A DNA stretch of 37,664 bases, from the UHGV virus genome UHGV-0120097. One strand, 5' to 3'. This DNA comes from a virus. A program made the position numbers and the translations under genes. The notes beneath the pieces are model-generated. The model ran no database searches and was not told the origin of the DNA. It saw nothing but the letters and a program-made list of their open reading frames with translations. Numbering within the stretch: the stretch's first letter is position 1; each line of letters starts with the position of its first letter. Positions 1 to 10,138 of the stretch are shown piece after piece.

Positions 1-159
1 TATAAACTAGCTAATGGATTTACTGGAATAGAATCAACTTCTAGTGTAGATGATAAAAACTATTCAGAGGAAATAGGAGCTGAAATTCTATTAGAAAGAG
101 TTAAAAATCAAATATGGTATGGACTTGGATTTGCTTTAGGAATGGCACATAAAAAATAA
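1..159 (+). CDS. 3' end of an upstream hypothetical protein (partial)
   Basis: Frame 1 is open from the window edge to TAA at 157-159 (…GLGFALGMAHKK*). Codon usage matches the neighbouring genes. Confidence 0.4.
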   Translation, partial: YKLANGFTGIESTSSVDDKNYSEEIGAEILLERVKNQIWYGLGFALGMAHKK

Positions 160-270
160 AACTTTCTTAAAATAACTTACAACACACATAAAGCTAGAGC
201 TTATGCTCTAGTTAAAACATTTAAAGACTTGAATGTTTTAATTAGATTATAAGCAAAAAAGGGGGTAATA

Positions 271-561
271 ATGATAAATTTAGAAAGCTATAACTACATA
301 GTGGAATCAATCAAAGAAATAGTAGTTATAAATGGAGAAGAGTATAAAAGAATGGAATTTAAAGAATCATTTATAACTATGTATGAGGCAGCTAGATATT
401 TTTTTAGAATGAAACCTAAAGCTAAAAATCCTATAACAATACTAGAAAGAGGAGCAGAGGGCTGGAAAGAAATTAGTATTGAAAACTTATTAAAAAAGAT
501 AAAGAAAAATAAAACAGAAAAAGCTAGAAGAGCTTTAAAAGGAGTTGATGAAAAATGGTAG
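271..561 (+). CDS. hypothetical small phage protein
   Basis: 96-aa ORF with a strong SD (aaaagggggtaataATG). Confidence 0.5.
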   Translation: MINLESYNYIVESIKEIVVINGEEYKRMEFKESFITMYEAARYFFRMKPKAKNPITILERGAEGWKEISIENLLKKIKKNKTEKARRALKGVDEKW

Positions 562-890
562 ATATTAAAGTTATGGAGGTTGTAGATACATCATTTAGAA
601 AAAAATATAAACCTACAACTAAGTTAGTTCCTTCTGGACATCAAGTAAGTAATGCTAATGTTATCTTAAAATACAAAGATGGAGATTTAGAAATATCTAT
701 AAAACTATCTAAGAAACAAGCATTACAAGTATATTTTGACAATGAAAAATCTCAAGGAAAATACAAAAATGTAGATTATGATAAATTCCTTGAAAAATTT
801 GAAGCAGGACTAAGTCCAGAAGAGATAGAGGAAGCTATAAAAAAAGAGCAGTTACCATTCGATAAAGAGAAAAAAGGAGAAAAGAAATAA
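555..890 (+). CDS. hypothetical protein
   Basis: 111-aa ORF whose start overlaps the upstream stop (translational coupling). Confidence 0.5.
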   Translation: MVDIKVMEVVDTSFRKKYKPTTKLVPSGHQVSNANVILKYKDGDLEISIKLSKKQALQVYFDNEKSQGKYKNVDYDKFLEKFEAGLSPEEIEEAIKKEQLPFDKEKKGEKK

Positions 891-1153
891 TGAGTGGAAT
901 GATATATAGAAATATTGAAAGTAATTTCAGAGTAAAAGCAGTATTTTTTAATGGTAAAAACCACAAGGAAGTAGCAGAGGTATTATCAGACCATCAAGTT
1001 AGAAAAGTTGAGGACTGCATAATGATAGATTATGAGAAAGTAGAACCTAACAACTATATCTATACAGGTTTTGACAGTGTAGAGTGGTTTGTAAATCCAC
1101 CTAAAATATTTAATGAGAAGTTTCAGAAAGACAAGTGGGAACAGGAGGCGTAA
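890..1153 (+). CDS. hypothetical protein
   Basis: 87-aa ORF with an ATGA stop/start overlap with the upstream gene. Confidence 0.5.
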   Translation: MSGMIYRNIESNFRVKAVFFNGKNHKEVAEVLSDHQVRKVEDCIMIDYEKVEPNNYIYTGFDSVEWFVNPPKIFNEKFQKDKWEQEA

Positions 1154-1154
1154 T

Positions 1155-1469
1155 ATGGTAAAAGTAAAATTTAAAAGCGACCCACATTTTTACATAAAAG
1201 AAAAGAGTGGAATAAAAAATAATACAGTAAGAATATATGAAAAATTTTCAGAAGTAGATGAGAAAGATGAGAGATTTGCTATATTAAAGCAAAAGTATAA
1301 GAAACAATTAGAGAATGAAAATAAGTTACCAGATGATGAGGAATTATATATTGAAATAGTAAAAGCAAGTTCTGGAGAAAGCTTTATCAGAAAAATAAGA
1401 GATATAACAATTTTTGAAAATAATTTTGAAATGATTTTTATAATAACTTGGGAACATAAAGAGGTGTAA
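1155..1469 (+). CDS. hypothetical protein
   Basis: ATG at 1155 preceded by ggaggcg. The track ORF starts earlier at 1113 with no SD. Confidence 0.45.
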   Translation: MVKVKFKSDPHFYIKEKSGIKNNTVRIYEKFSEVDEKDERFAILKQKYKKQLENENKLPDDEELYIEIVKASSGESFIRKIRDITIFENNFEMIFIITWEHKEV

Positions 1470-1471
1470 TT

Positions 1472-1978
1472 ATGACATTAGATGAAAAATACTTAAATGA
1501 ACAGGCAGATAGCGTAATAATTGAAGAGAGTGGTTGTTATACAGGAGTTATAACAAAGGCAGAGTTATTTGAGGTAGGAGATAGCAAGGCAGTAGCATTA
1601 AATCTTACAATAAAGGTAAATGAAGATATATTGCCTCTAAGTCTTTTCTTTAAAGCTAAAGATGGAAAAGATATAGCATTTAATTTAAGACACATAGCAC
1701 ATCTTATGTATTTAACTAAGCACAAACCAGAACTAAATCCAGTAGTTAGAGGAGAGAAATTGGTTATTGAAGAACTTGAAGGTGCAGGTATTGGAGTTAT
1801 AGTTGAATGTAAACAAAATGATGTAAGAGTAGAAAGAAGAATCCAAACTTTTGTAGATATGAAATATAAAAGAACTGCAAAGGAAAATAAAGATGGTGTT
1901 GATACTCCAGTAACTTGGAATAAATATCGTGAAAAGTATGGAAAGGTAGTAGAACATGATGATGAGTTTCCATTCTAG
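1472..1978 (+). CDS. hypothetical phage protein
   Basis: 168-aa ORF with SD aaagaggtgtaattATG. Confidence 0.5.
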   Translation: MTLDEKYLNEQADSVIIEESGCYTGVITKAELFEVGDSKAVALNLTIKVNEDILPLSLFFKAKDGKDIAFNLRHIAHLMYLTKHKPELNPVVRGEKLVIEELEGAGIGVIVECKQNDVRVERRIQTFVDMKYKRTAKENKDGVDTPVTWNKYREKYGKVVEHDDEFPF

Positions 1979-1999
1979 GAGAGGAGGAAAGAAATTAAA

Positions 2000-2425
2000 A
2001 TGTTACACGGTATTACTGGCTTATCTCATGGCTTATTCAAAAATAATAAAGAAAAAATGGAAGAAGCAAGAAGAAAAGATTTTGAAAAATACACTGGAGT
2101 AAAACAAGTAAATACTAAAGTAAAAAATGATAAATTAATAAAATCGAATCCAGATATAAAACTCTTATTAGAAAACCAAAGTGTTGACGTCAACAAAATG
2201 ATAGCAGTAGAGGAATTATCAGAGTTGCAAAAAGAAATCTGTAAGGATTTAAGAGGTTTTAATAGGAGAGGAGAGATAAAAGAAGAGATGGCAGACGTTT
2301 ATATCTGCCTCCAACTTTTAAAAGAAATTTATAACTTTGATGATGAAGAGTTAGAAGAAGAGTATAAAAGAAAAATGGATAGGAATATAAAAAGAATCAA
2401 AGTCAAAAACAAGGAGATGAAATGA
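2000..2425 (+). CDS. MazG-like nucleoside triphosphate pyrophosphohydrolase
   Basis: An EELSELQKEI ... EEMADVYICLQLL motif pair typical of the MazG/all-alpha NTP-PPase fold. SD ggagaggagg. Confidence 0.6.
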   Translation: MLHGITGLSHGLFKNNKEKMEEARRKDFEKYTGVKQVNTKVKNDKLIKSNPDIKLLLENQSVDVNKMIAVEELSELQKEICKDLRGFNRRGEIKEEMADVYICLQLLKEIYNFDDEELEEEYKRKMDRNIKRIKVKNKEMK

Positions 2426-2501
2426 CAAGATCTAAAATTATATTAATGTTAGTAGTAGCAGTAATAGTAATTGATGTATTACAAAAGATAAGGGGGTAGA
2501 G

Positions 2502-2732
2502 TTGGAAAAAGTAAAAAATAAAGATTTAATCAATTACAACCCTAAATATCATTTTAATCATAATAAACCTTGGACAAGTAAAGACTTAGAGTATGCACTA
2601 GATTATAGAAATGATTTAAAAGATATTAGTTTGAAACTGGGTAGAACTATAAGTTCTATATTGCAAAAAAGAAAATTACAAAGATTTTGGAAAGAAGCAG
2701 ATAAATACTCAAGAGTTAAAATTATACCTTGA
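2502..2732 (+). CDS. hypothetical protein (TTG start)
   Basis: 76-aa ORF with TTG preceded by aagggggtagag. Confidence 0.4.
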   Translation: MEKVKNKDLINYNPKYHFNHNKPWTSKDLEYALDYRNDLKDISLKLGRTISSILQKRKLQRFWKEADKYSRVKIIP

Positions 2733-2751
2733 GGTATAAAAGGGGGATAAT

Positions 2752-3360
2752 ATGAGTTTTTTAGAAGATGATTTAAAGATAGCAGTGGCAATGTTTGAAG
2801 CATTTGATTTACCAAAAATACCAATTCAAAAAGACATTAATGATTTTGGAGAAGAGGTTACTACTTATATATTAGGAGAATTTTTAGGTGTAAGAACAAC
2901 TAAAAAAATATATGCTTGTGGATTGAAATATGACTTAACATTAGTTTTAATAACTGAAAAAACATACGTAGAAGCAGCAAGAGTTTTGGGAAGGTATTAT
3001 GAAAAGTTTTTCTTAACAGAACAAGAGGTTATAGAAGAGTTATTCTATTTGAATAACTATATAATGAAAATTGATAGTGTTGAAAAACCATCAAAAGAAT
3101 ATTTAGATATATTAAAAAAATTACTTAAAAGAATAGATAAAGAACCTATTGAGTGTCCTTGGGGAGTTGCACCTATTATTGAAAAGAAAATAAAAGAGAT
3201 AGAAAGAGCTAAAAAAATTTCTGAAAGGTGTGATGAGTTGATAGCTAAAAACTTAGAAAAAAACAGAAGATATTATGATGGTTTGATTACACCAGCACCA
3301 AAAGATGAAATAGAAATAAAATTTTATGGAATGGGAGATGAAAAAAATGATGAATTATAG
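2752..3360 (+). CDS. hypothetical protein
   Basis: 202-aa ORF with SD aaagggggataatATG. Confidence 0.5.
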   Translation: MSFLEDDLKIAVAMFEAFDLPKIPIQKDINDFGEEVTTYILGEFLGVRTTKKIYACGLKYDLTLVLITEKTYVEAARVLGRYYEKFFLTEQEVIEELFYLNNYIMKIDSVEKPSKEYLDILKKLLKRIDKEPIECPWGVAPIIEKKIKEIERAKKISERCDELIAKNLEKNRRYYDGLITPAPKDEIEIKFYGMGDEKNDEL

Positions 3361-3985
3361 AAATATGCCACCTTATGGTGTTTGTGCCACTCCTTTTAAA
3401 ACTCTAAAAAAAATAAAAATAGAATCATTGGAAGATATTTTAAATTTAAAAGGTTATGAAGATGAAAGAGTTAAAATAATTGATATATTAGGAATAGAAA
3501 AAAAGAAAAAAGAAGTTGATGAAAAGAATATACTTGGCATAACCAAAAAGATAATCAAAGAAGTAATAGCAGTTGAACGTAGTATAGACATAAAATTATT
3601 AATTAAACCTACTGGAGAAACTTGCGTATATTCATTTATTAGCACAAGTGCATTAATTCATATGATGAAAGGAATATTTGAAAAATTATATTCTAATGAA
3701 GTCATTGGATTTACTGGTAGAAATGTTGCTAACTTTATAAGAAAAAATTTAGATAAAAAATTTATAATTTTAACTTCTTTAGAAAAGTTTACTAGAATTG
3801 GAGGAGTTTTTTGTGGTAATAGTTCCAAAGAAATTAAAACGGGAATAATCATTCCTAAAGAACATTACGAAGATGCAATAGCTGGGTTTAAAGAACAAGA
3901 GATTTATTTTACAAATATAATAGGTATGGAATATTCAGATGGAATATCAGATTGCCCAGGTGGTTCATTTTCTGATTGGGAGTAA
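3347..3985 (+). CDS. hypothetical protein
   Basis: ATG at 3347 preceded by ggaga. The track ORF starts at 3326 with no SD. Confidence 0.45.
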   Translation: MMNYRNMPPYGVCATPFKTLKKIKIESLEDILNLKGYEDERVKIIDILGIEKKKKEVDEKNILGITKKIIKEVIAVERSIDIKLLIKPTGETCVYSFISTSALIHMMKGIFEKLYSNEVIGFTGRNVANFIRKNLDKKFIILTSLEKFTRIGGVFCGNSSKEIKTGIIIPKEHYEDAIAGFKEQEIYFTNIIGMEYSDGISDCPGGSFSDWE

Positions 3986-4225
3986 TAAAAATGAAAGCAC
4001 TGAATAGAAAGAAGAAACCAAAACATCATAGTAAAGTAAAATATAAGGTTTATCCTAAAAGAAAAGGAATAGTAAGTATAACTAGAGAGTGCAGATGTAA
4101 AAAATTTAAAAATTGTTATCTTGTACCAAAACAATTTTTTCTAATTATTTTAACTACTAATAGGAAATCTAAAAAATATAAAAAAGTATCAAAACAAACC
4201 TATAAAAAAAAGTATTAAAAGTACA

Positions 4226-4254
4226 TTGTTTTTTATCTCTAAAAATAGTATAAT
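4226..4254 (+). promoter_or_regulatory. sigma70-like promoter for the recombinase gene (TTGTTT-17-TATAAT)
   Basis: -35 TTGTTT at 4226-4231, a 17-nt spacer, then -10 TATAAT at 4249-4254. Confidence 0.4.
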
Positions 4255-4308
4255 TATGGTATTAAGTGAAACGAACGACAGAATAAATACTAAAAGGAGA
4301 GATAAAAG

Positions 4309-5004
4309 ATGATATATGGTTATTGCAGAGTATCTACAAAAAAACAAAATATTTTAAGACAGGTGGAAAATATCATAAAGATATATCAAACTGCTAAAGT
4401 ATTTCAAGAATCATATACAGGAACTACAACAGATAGAAAAGAATGGAGTAAGCTAAAAAAAATAGTTAAACCTGGAGATACAATTATATTTGATTCTGTT
4501 AGTAGAATGAGTAGAAATGCAGAAGAGGGAATAAAAGAATATTTTAATTTTGTAGAAAGAGATATTGAACTTATATTTTTAAAAGAGGGATATATTAACA
4601 CAGCCCTTTATAAAAAAGCTTTAGAGAATAAAATAGATTCAACAGGAAATAAAATAGCTGATATATACATAGATGCAACCAATGAAGTATTAAAGATATT
4701 AGCTCAAGAACAAATTAAAATAGCATTTGACCAAGCTGAAAAGGAAGTATTAGACCTTAGAGAAAGAACAAAAGAGGGACTAAGAGTTACCAAAGCTAAA
4801 GGAACTGTATTAGGTAGAAAACAAGGAGATACTTATACTACCAAGAAAGAAAAGGAGATGAGAGAGAAAATAAAAAAACTAGCTAAAGATTTTGGAGGAA
4901 ATCTTAAAGATATAGAAGTCTTTACACTGCTAGGAATAACTAAGAATACATATTACAAGTATAAGAAAAATATTATACTAGAGGAGGCACAAAATGAGAA
5001 ATAA
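4309..5004 (+). CDS. small serine recombinase (resolvase/invertase family)
   Basis: N-terminal MIYGYCRVSTKKQ (the YxRVSTxxQ catalytic Ser motif), DSVSRMSRN, and a C-terminal HTH-like segment. Confidence 0.75.
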   Translation: MIYGYCRVSTKKQNILRQVENIIKIYQTAKVFQESYTGTTTDRKEWSKLKKIVKPGDTIIFDSVSRMSRNAEEGIKEYFNFVERDIELIFLKEGYINTALYKKALENKIDSTGNKIADIYIDATNEVLKILAQEQIKIAFDQAEKEVLDLRERTKEGLRVTKAKGTVLGRKQGDTYTTKKEKEMREKIKKLAKDFGGNLKDIEVFTLLGITKNTYYKYKKNIILEEAQNEK

Positions 5005-5165
5005 ATTATTTTTAATGTTTTATAAATTAATGAGGTATCTATTAAAAAAGAAATATATTAAAACTAGAACTTTCTTTTTAGTTGTTGGAAGAGTAGGGAT
5101 TGAAGCAGCGACTACTCTTGAACAATTATCTGTCATAGAAAAACTTATAGATGGAGGTATTAATA

Positions 5166-5669
5166 TTGAAAAAGCACGAAGTGATTAGAGCAGCTATGCT
5201 AGAGCTTGGCTTTCCTTATGATGAGGCAGACCAGGAAACGGCATCAGCTTATAAGACAGGAAATAATTATTATATGATGATGATAAATGATATGTTACAA
5301 AATGAAAATTATGGAATTAATATAGATAAAGTGGTACTAAGAAAAGCTGATGTACAAAATATGCCTGGGAAGATAATTTACTTAAAACCAGATGGGTATA
5401 TAAAATCACTAACAAGTGGTGTAGAGGCTTATAGGGATAAATTAATCAGTTCAAAAAATAATTTTTTATTTAAATACTTGAAAAAGATAGACCCAGAAGA
5501 AATAGAGGAGAAATATACAAGACTTGCTAGTATATCTTTAGCCATTATGATGGCAGCTCCACTTTCTAAAGCTGGAGAATTAAGTAGATTGTATGAACTT
5601 TTCTTAGCAGAGCAAAATAAATTTATACATGACAATCCTCCAATAATTAATATAGAGGATTTAAGATAG
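5166..5669 (+). CDS. hypothetical virion-associated protein
   Basis: TTG at 5166 lies 8 nt after GGAGG. The track gives an alternative ATG at 5151 with no SD. Confidence 0.4.
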   Translation: MKKHEVIRAAMLELGFPYDEADQETASAYKTGNNYYMMMINDMLQNENYGINIDKVVLRKADVQNMPGKIIYLKPDGYIKSLTSGVEAYRDKLISSKNNFLFKYLKKIDPEEIEEKYTRLASISLAIMMAAPLSKAGELSRLYELFLAEQNKFIHDNPPIINIEDLR

Positions 5670-5678
5670 GAGGCAACA

Positions 5679-7475
5679 ATGAAATATTATGAAAAAAAGG
5701 GGAGGTTCTCTTTAGGGGAGATAGACCCACCACTATGTTTTAGGGTAGATACAGATATACCAAACAGAGGATTAGCCTATTTAGAAAATGGACTTATAAC
5801 CTCTTCAGCAGGAATAACTAATTTCCCAGCATTAAAAAAAGTTGCTACTATTCAAGCAGTTACAACTAAAACTATTATAAATGCTTTCAAGATTTTTAAA
5901 TATAAAATTCAAAAGAAAGATACCTCGCTTAGTGGGTATCTTTTTTTATTTAATGAATTAAAAGTAATTATATTAAGAGAAGATAACTTTGAAGTTATAA
6001 AGGAAATAGAAGTAAATTACACAGATGAAGAGATTGAGAATCTAAGTATAGCACAATTCCAAAATAGTGTTATAACTTGTGTAGCTAATAAAAAACCAGA
6101 GATGATAAGAGTTACAGAAGATAGTCAAGAGTTTGATGTAGTAGAGTATTGGGAAAATATAGTAAATCCTCCAGTAAAAAGAGTGGAAACTCAATATCAA
6201 TATACAGATGAAGAAAAACAAGTATTTCAATGGTATCAATCTGGAGCAAGTGTTGTCTTTGAATCTACTATCTCAAGTCCTGTATTTAAACCTACATTCC
6301 TGGACAAATTAAAAGAGGGAACTATTTCCTATATGGCTGGAGAATTTAGAATCAATAAAATAGAGAATAGAGATGGAAAACAAAAGATAACTACTACACA
6401 AGTTACAGCACCAGCAGCTGGAATAGATATTCCTACCTCATCAACTCCAGAAGCTGAAAGAAAAATAAATATCCTTGATATAACTTTCTCTGAATCCCTA
6501 TTCAATGGAGGATATCCAGCAGTAGTGGCAGAGTATAAAGGAAGAGTTATATTTGGGAATGTTGCAGGTAACCCATCAGCGATAGTATCAAGTAGAGTTT
6601 ATGATTCTACTAATTTCAGACAATCAACAGATGATAATGATGGATTTACTACCTTTGTTACTGGTAATGAAGTTAATACTGTTAAAGAGTTTATAGCTTA
6701 TAAATCCTTGATAGTAATAACAGATAGAGGAATTTATTCCACACAATTAAATGAGGGACTAACTACTGAAACATCAGCACTGTACGACCAAAAACTACCA
6801 AGACCTAAAGGGCTTGGGTATTGGACAGAGGCAGACGACGCAATATACTATGTTGACAGTTCCAATAGAATCTATCAAATACAAGACGTAGGGGCAGATA
6901 GTGCTTATGTAGTGCAGGAAGTAACACTATATTCTGGACACTTAATGGATAACATCAATGATATTTACTTTCATAAAATTGGTAAAAACAACATTATAGG
7001 AGTAGATACAGTAAGTGGTGGAAGAGCATTAAGTTATAATTATTCGGAAAATATATTATGTTGGACTAGAGTACCTAAATTGCCTGGAATAAATGAATAT
7101 CTTAATATAGATGATAAACTCTATATCTTCAATGCTAATAATGAAAATATAGATATATACACTTATTCAAGTACAGAGGTAGAACCTTTAAAGTTAAAAC
7201 TACCAAAAACAACTATGTCGCAAAACTACCAAATGCCAATTCCAGAATTTTTAATGAAAGCAAGATTTAAAAATTGTAAGATTTTGTGTTATGGAAATTA
7301 TAACTTAAAAATAAATAACCAAACTAAATCAGTAGGCTTTGGAGAAAATACAGATAATTTTTATGAAAAAATTCACTACATAGACATGGCCAACATTGGA
7401 AAAGAGGAATTAGTTATAGAGCAACTCAATGATGAGAAAATTGAAATAGTAGGAATATTTGCAGAAATAGGATAA
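5679..7475 (+). CDS. putative virion structural protein (tail/nozzle-like), 598 aa
   Basis: Large ORF with SD taggaggcaacaATG. It sits immediately upstream of the 178/703/1633-aa trio; the structural call rests on that synteny only. Confidence 0.45.
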   Translation: MKYYEKKGRFSLGEIDPPLCFRVDTDIPNRGLAYLENGLITSSAGITNFPALKKVATIQAVTTKTIINAFKIFKYKIQKKDTSLSGYLFLFNELKVIILREDNFEVIKEIEVNYTDEEIENLSIAQFQNSVITCVANKKPEMIRVTEDSQEFDVVEYWENIVNPPVKRVETQYQYTDEEKQVFQWYQSGASVVFESTISSPVFKPTFLDKLKEGTISYMAGEFRINKIENRDGKQKITTTQVTAPAAGIDIPTSSTPEAERKINILDITFSESLFNGGYPAVVAEYKGRVIFGNVAGNPSAIVSSRVYDSTNFRQSTDDNDGFTTFVTGNEVNTVKEFIAYKSLIVITDRGIYSTQLNEGLTTETSALYDQKLPRPKGLGYWTEADDAIYYVDSSNRIYQIQDVGADSAYVVQEVTLYSGHLMDNINDIYFHKIGKNNIIGVDTVSGGRALSYNYSENILCWTRVPKLPGINEYLNIDDKLYIFNANNENIDIYTYSSTEVEPLKLKLPKTTMSQNYQMPIPEFLMKARFKNCKILCYGNYNLKINNQTKSVGFGENTDNFYEKIHYIDMANIGKEELVIEQLNDEKIEIVGIFAEIG

Positions 7476-7490
7476 TAGGAGTGTGAGAAT

Positions 7491-8027
7491 ATGAATCCAT
7501 TAATGATAATGCAATTAGCAAGCACTGGACTAAGTCTATTCGGTTCAGTGGCAGACGCTGGAAGAGCAAAGAATCAAACAAAATTAAATAATTTAACAAC
7601 AGAAGTAAATGCAGCTAAAGAAACTACCAATACTATGAGGAGCTATACATCAGCTATGGAAGAGATGACTACTAGAATGAAATCTCAAAAAGCAGCTTTT
7701 GCTAATGCTGGAATAGATACAGCTAGCACATTATTTAGCAAAGGAATGACAGCACATGAAAAATCATTCCTAGAAGCTAAGACAGGACAGAGTGAAGCAC
7801 TGACAGATATACAAGGAGGGCTTAAACTAACTAAAGCTCAAAATAATTATAATTTAGGAGCAACTTATAAGCAACTTGGATTGAGTGCAGGGTTAAGTGT
7901 AGCTAATGCCTTTATGGACTACACACATATGAAAAAAATGGACGAAATAACAAGTATAAATAAAAATAAAGGTATTCAAAGTGGAGGATATGGAAGTATG
8001 ATAGGAAGTTTATGGGGTGGTAAATAA
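7491..8027 (+). CDS. putative internal virion/ejection protein A (178 aa)
   Basis: Hydrophobic N-terminus. It is first of three tightly coupled genes whose sizes recall T7 gp14/15/16 or P22 gp7/20/16. Confidence 0.45.
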   Translation: MNPLMIMQLASTGLSLFGSVADAGRAKNQTKLNNLTTEVNAAKETTNTMRSYTSAMEEMTTRMKSQKAAFANAGIDTASTLFSKGMTAHEKSFLEAKTGQSEALTDIQGGLKLTKAQNNYNLGATYKQLGLSAGLSVANAFMDYTHMKKMDEITSINKNKGIQSGGYGSMIGSLWGGK

Positions 8028-10138
8028 TGGCAGGAACACTAATACAACCTTTAAAAATAAATAGACCAAGTGGTAGAGCAGTACCACAATTAAATATAGC
8101 TGCAGATTTTGGAGTAGAGAGAAATGCAGCTACTAAAATAGAGGAACTTTTCCAGAAAAAACAAAAGCAAGACTTAATACAAGCAGAAACATTCGGGCAG
8201 CAATTTGCTGCCTCTATGTCTAAAATGATATTAGATAGAGATAACCAGGGAAAAATAAATAAAAAATTATTCCATAATTTTGATTCTTATAACTCTTTAG
8301 AAAGTGAAATAAAAGCTAATATAGAGCAATTTAAAAAAGATGGAAAGGAATTAGGAATAGATGATTCTATATTAGAAAAATATAGTTCTATGGTAACAGG
8401 AGAGCTTGAAAAATCAAATGTAAATTATTTAGTTGAATATAATGACTATAATGAGAAAATTCAAAAAGATGAAGCTACTAGAATTATAAGAATGAAAGGA
8501 GATAATCTTTCATCAGTTGCTATGCTTGGAGATTATCAAGGAGCAGTACAAGGTTTTTATAACGTAGCTCAAGATTTAGATAGAGCAATAGAAGCAGGAT
8601 ATATAGATGGTACAAAAGCTATTGAACTTGCTAGCAAGCAAAGACAAGATATTATAGTAAGTTATGTATCATCTTTTGTAAATCAACCAAATGGTAAATC
8701 AGTTCTTGAAAATATGTCTACTTGGAATACTTCTCAATTTATGGAAAAGTTTTCAGAACTTAACTTTAAAAATGATACAGGAGAATTTTATTTGACAGTA
8801 GATGACTATAACAAATTTCAATCTACTATAACAAGTGGACTTACAAGAATAAATAATAAAGAAAAATTAAATAATCAAAACACTATGGTTGAGAGATTAA
8901 AATATGAACAAAAGAAAAAAACAAATCCTTTGGAATTATCTTTAAAAGAAGACCAAGTAGCAGCAGATGGATATATACCAGAGAGTACAATGGTAAAAGC
9001 TATAAACTATAAAAATGGGGTAACTGTAACAGGAGTAAATGAAGCTATAAATTTAGGATATAGTATTCCTTGGAAAGAAAAAGGTTTAAATGATACCACA
9101 GAAGTATATAAAAATCCTAATTTAGCTGGGGAAGGGGTAATGAATTTTAGGCAACAAGAAGCTGAATTGATGGCTAATGGTTATGGATATGAAGCAGTAA
9201 AAAACTTCTATGATACCACAGATGAGAATATAATAGGTGGAAGTATGCTTATGGAAACATACCAGATGAATACTACCTTTAAAGATGAATTTGACAAAGT
9301 ATATAGTTCTGATAATAGAAAAATACTTGCTAATTTTGATAAAGTTCAAGTGACTGATTTTTCTACCTTAAAAGAATATAATACAGAATTTCAAGGAGTA
9401 GATGACCCATATTATGCTACTCCTACAAGCTTTATGTCTGGCCAGGTTAGTAGAAAACCACAAAAGACAATGTCAATAGCTGCAGGTGGTAAAATAGCAG
9501 GACTACAAGCTGCAGCTAATAATGGAAGTTTAGCAGCTACAAGAGCAACTAAAGATATAACTCAAATAGCAACTGACACACTAATATTAGAGTTGTATTC
9601 TAAATATGGTGGTGTAATAACAGATGATTTAGCTGATAAAGGAGGACTAAAAGAAAAATATGTAGGTCAACCTATAGCTAGTTTAACCCCAGAGCAACAA
9701 AGGACTTTCCTTAAAGGAGTTTTAGAAAATGATAAATCAATAAGAGAAACTGTAAATTCCAGGGTAGAAAATGTAGTTAATGCTATAACAGAGGGGCTAG
9801 ATACTATTAATCTAGGTAATAATAGAGTTATATTTGCACCTAAAATAATAAAAGAAGAGGAGAGAACTAACTTTATAACAGGTCAAATAGATAGAGGTTT
9901 CGTTGTTAAAGAAAGAGATATAGAAAAAACTCAAAAAGCTATAAATGAAATGATAGCTAAAAATACATATAAAGTTAATTACAATGGAACTATTAAAGAA
10001 ATAGGAGATAAGAAAAATATAACTTTTGTACAAGACATAGGAAGTACAAAGATAAGACTTTTCTATGGTGGGCAACCTGTATTTACTGATAATGGATATG
10101 CAGTATTTGATGTAGAAGAGTTTATTAAGGAGGAATAA
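8027..10138 (+). CDS. putative internal virion/ejection protein B (703 aa)
   Basis: ATGG overlap with the upstream stop; placed by synteny. Confidence 0.45.
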   Translation: MAGTLIQPLKINRPSGRAVPQLNIAADFGVERNAATKIEELFQKKQKQDLIQAETFGQQFAASMSKMILDRDNQGKINKKLFHNFDSYNSLESEIKANIEQFKKDGKELGIDDSILEKYSSMVTGELEKSNVNYLVEYNDYNEKIQKDEATRIIRMKGDNLSSVAMLGDYQGAVQGFYNVAQDLDRAIEAGYIDGTKAIELASKQRQDIIVSYVSSFVNQPNGKSVLENMSTWNTSQFMEKFSELNFKNDTGEFYLTVDDYNKFQSTITSGLTRINNKEKLNNQNTMVERLKYEQKKKTNPLELSLKEDQVAADGYIPESTMVKAINYKNGVTVTGVNEAINLGYSIPWKEKGLNDTTEVYKNPNLAGEGVMNFRQQEAELMANGYGYEAVKNFYDTTDENIIGGSMLMETYQMNTTFKDEFDKVYSSDNRKILANFDKVQVTDFSTLKEYNTEFQGVDDPYYATPTSFMSGQVSRKPQKTMSIAAGGKIAGLQAAANNGSLAATRATKDITQIATDTLILELYSKYGGVITDDLADKGGLKEKYVGQPIASLTPEQQRTFLKGVLENDKSIRETVNSRVENVVNAITEGLDTINLGNNRVIFAPKIIKEEERTNFITGQIDRGFVVKERDIEKTQKAINEMIAKNTYKVNYNGTIKEIGDKKNITFVQDIGSTKIRLFYGGQPVFTDNGYAVFDVEEFIKEE

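Noticed and set aside
3976-4218. 80-aa Lys-rich ORF in the gap before the recombinase
   Set aside because: It is a low-complexity A-rich intergenic sequence containing the promoter and dyad. It has no SD and its composition is not protein-like.
4994-5188. 64-aa ORF overlapping the end of the recombinase gene
   Set aside because: It has no SD, is basic and hydrophobic low-complexity, and is probably a frame artefact before the 5166 gene.
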